Shown here one piece after another: positions 6,227 to 7,698 of a stretch of 7,698 nucleotides of DNA. How positions within the stretch are numbered: position 1 is the stretch's first letter; every line of letters starts with the position of its first letter. The translations under genes and the position numbers were made by a program. This DNA is from a virus (lineage: Duplodnaviria > Heunggongvirae > Uroviricota > Caudoviricetes): IMG/VR virus record IMGVR_UViG_2734482594_000023. The stretch is one strand, 5' to 3'. Under the pieces are notes generated by a model. That model was not told the origin of the DNA. It saw only the letters and a program-made list of their open reading frames with translations, and searched no databases.

Positions 6227-7108
6227 TTATATACTTGCAGCCGTCACCCATGCTCCATTTAACAGATACTGCAACGGCCGGTAATACACGCCGCCGACGT
6301 TATCTGCCGTATTCTTACCGACATCCTGTACTTTAATTCCGGTAAGAACATTGCCGCCCCCCAGATTCAGATCCCAGCTTTCCCATGTTCCGGGCATATG
6401 TGCGGTCACCGACCCCAGTCTTATGGCGGTTACTGTTCCTGATGAGATAGTGATATCCTGCGTCCCGTCAAAGGGAACACCATTAATTGTGTGGGCATTT
6501 GCCAGCCTGTTCGCGGCAACGGCGGTGCCGTCCGATGGCAGGGCATTCGCCGCCCTGTTTACCGTTTCCCGTAAACCGACGTTATCGATAAAAGCCCCTT
6601 TATCCGGAATGTCTGCGCCGTTCTGCTCCCTGCGCAGGTAACGGTTATCACCTTCGCTTTTGCTGTAAACATCCAGATTATTACGGGCGGTTCCCTTATT
6701 CTCCAGGTCGGCGAGATTCTGATCCTTCGCCAGGGCATTAACGTCAGCGGGACCAAGACTGTTTTTTGTGGCAAGCGTCCCCAGACCAAGATAACCACGG
6801 GCCAGACGCTGGGCCTCCGCACCGGCATCAGCAATTTCTTTCAGGTTATTTTTCCGGGAAAAGGCATTCGCAGCGATAATGGCTTTAATGGACAGCGTAA
6901 GCTGGTTTAACTGCGCCTTATCCGGCTGAATACTGGCTTCAGCCAGAATATTCAGCAGTTCGGCCTGGAGAATATTCAGCCAGTCCTGACCAATCCAGCT
7001 GATACCTTTTTGTCCGTCACCTTCGGTAAACCAGGTGGTGGTATTACTCTGCGCCGGTGCCAGCGCAGGCATATTCGCCACGCCGGAATTATTATCAACA
7101 TGAAACAT
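6227..7108 (-). CDS. Tail fibre protein (constant N-terminal part plus variable C-terminal tip in its current orientation)
   Basis: ATG at 7108 has GAGGAGA 8 nt upstream, 15 nt after the stop of the upstream baseplate gene. The 293-aa product has an N-terminus [18 protein letters not shown]...WFTEG...[15 protein letters not shown] that I read as the fibre type found in Mu/P2-like phages (from memory), and the crossover site falls in the codons for FIDNVGLRE. Confidence 0.8.
   Translation of the reverse strand: MFHVDNNSGVANMPALAPAQSNTTTWFTEGDGQKGISWIGQDWLNILQAELLNILAEASIQPDKAQLNQLTLSIKAIIAANAFSRKNNLKEIADAGAEAQRLARGYLGLGTLATKNSLGPADVNALAKDQNLADLENKGTARNNLDVYSKSEGDNRYLRREQNGADIPDKGAFIDNVGLRETVNRAANALPSDGTAVAANRLANAHTINGVPFDGTQDITISSGTVTAIRLGSVTAHMPGTWESWDLNLGGGNVLTGIKVQDVGKNTADNVGGVYYRPLQYLLNGAWVTAASI
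6566..6591. other. gix/hix-like 26-bp recombination (crossover) site for the serine invertase
   Basis: TTCCCGTAAACC-GA-CGTTATCGATAA compared with Mu gixL TTCCTGTAAACC-GA-GGTTTTGGATAA (as recalled) matches at 22 of 26 positions with the same half-site/2-bp core layout. It lies inside the tail-fibre ORF at the constant/variable junction. Confidence 0.6.
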
Positions 7109-7123
7109 TAAATAGTCTCCTCT

Positions 7124-7681
7124 TCATGGCTNNNNNNNNNNNNNNNNNNNNNNNNNNNNNNNNNNNNNNNNNNNNNNNNNNNNNNNNNNNNNNNNNNNNN
7201 NNNNNNNNNNNNNNNNNNNNNNNNNNNNNNNNNNNNNNNNNNNNNNNNNNNNNNNNNNNNNNNNNNNNNNNNNNNNNNNNNNNNNNNNNNNNNNNNNNNN
7301 NNNNNNNNNNNNNNNNNNNNNNNNNNNNNNNNNNNNNNNNNNNNNNNNNNNNNNNNNNNNNNNNNNNNNNNNNNNNNNNNNNNNCGAGGGCTTCATCCGG
7401 TATTTATTTCCGGCATAACGCTGTCGCTCCGTGAGGGTGGCTCCGGCCATATCACACTCGGGAAGCCCGAGATAACGCTCCCAGTCTTCCAGCAGCAGGC
7501 GCGACGTGTCAGGGAAACGCTCGGCAAGCAGCTGTTTACCCGTCCAGGATACACGCGCTGTCGAATGACTGAGGCCCAGACATAATGATGCCAGTACGGA
7601 TGACGGACGCTTGTCCCATGCCAGCCCGTCAGGCAGTAACTGCAACAGGGCGCGCTGATGCGGGGTCAGGGTTACAGCCAT
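7124..7681 (-). CDS. Phage baseplate/tail protein (P2 gpI / Mu gp48-like, DUF2313-type); C-terminal half masked
   Basis: ATG at 7681 has AGGAGA 7 nt upstream. The N-terminus MAVTLTPHQRALLQLLPDGLAWDKRP...LLEDWERYLGLPE resembles the gpI/gp48 family. The gene sits directly upstream of the tail-fibre gene, as in P2 (I-H-G) and Mu (48-S-U). The TGA at 7126-7124 is in frame only if the masked block is length-exact. Confidence 0.65.
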   Translation of the reverse strand: MAVTLTPHQRALLQLLPDGLAWDKRPSSVLASLCLGLSHSTARVSWTGKQLLAERFPDTSRLLLEDWERYLGLPECDMAGATLTERQRYAGNKYRMKPSXXXXXXXXXXXXXXXXXXXXXXXXXXXXXXXXXXXXXXXXXXXXXXXXXXXXXXXXXXXXXXXXXXXXXXXXXXXXXXXXXXXXXP

Positions 7682-7698
7682 GTGATTTCTCCTACCGT

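Larger units (their letters stand above)
5137..6579. other. Invertible tail-fibre segment (Mu G / P1 C / e14 P-like); left boundary hidden in the masked block
   Basis: A gix/hix-like crossover site sits inside the tail-fibre gene at 6566-6591. An alternative fibre C-terminus and a chaperone gene lie in inverted orientation (5431-6195, plus strand). The invertase gene abuts the segment. The partner site is presumed to lie in 5137-5430. Confidence 0.55.

Noticed and set aside
6351-6834. ORFs 6351-6641 (plus strand) and 6559-6834 (minus strand, alternate frame) inside the tail-fibre gene
   Set aside because: Both are overlapping or alternate-frame artefacts within the fibre gene, which has a strong start context and operon coupling.
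7019-7044. Second gix-like half-site (CTTCGGTAAACC) near the fibre N-terminus
   Set aside because: Only one half resembles the consensus. The opposite half (GTGGTGGTATTA) lacks the GGTTT element, so it is not a credible crossover site.
7057-7434. Plus-strand 125-aa ORF
   Set aside because: It is almost entirely masked N, and antisense to the baseplate gene.
1-7698. CRISPR arrays, tRNA or rRNA genes
   Set aside because: No regularly spaced direct repeats with unique spacers and no tRNA-like or rRNA-like sequence were seen in the unmasked sequence.

Overview
This window reads as the right arm of a Mu-like (transposable myovirus-type) prophage in an enterobacterial host, with almost every gene on the minus strand. 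All calls are from reading the sequence and ORF track by eye; no database search or alignment was run. Five N-masked blocks (3053-3351, 3722-4017, 4578-4858, 5137-5430, 7132-7384) hide parts of several genes. Reading right to left: a baseplate gene (P2 gpI / Mu gp48-like, 7681->7124); a tail-fibre gene (7108->6227) carrying a gix/hix-like crossover site inside its coding sequence; an invertible segment holding an alternative fibre tip and its assembly chaperone on the plus strand (5431-6195); a Gin/Pin/Hin-type serine invertase (5136->4526); a NanS-like sialate O-acetylesterase with extra N- and C-terminal regions (4440->2904); a two-gene cassette of a small membrane protein plus an acidic protein (2759->2287); a low-GC orphan gene on the plus strand (1826-2119); and a Com/Mom DNA-modification module (1569->678). 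Left of mom lies a cluster of short repeats that may mark the prophage end, then a 3' remnant of an IS66-family transposase gene (1-459). The best candidates for something undescribed are the small membrane/acidic protein cassette with a possible divergent small RNA, and the unusual placement of a NanS-like esterase between the invertase and mom. The invertase and esterase reading frames do not match across the masked blocks, so their intactness cannot be judged.
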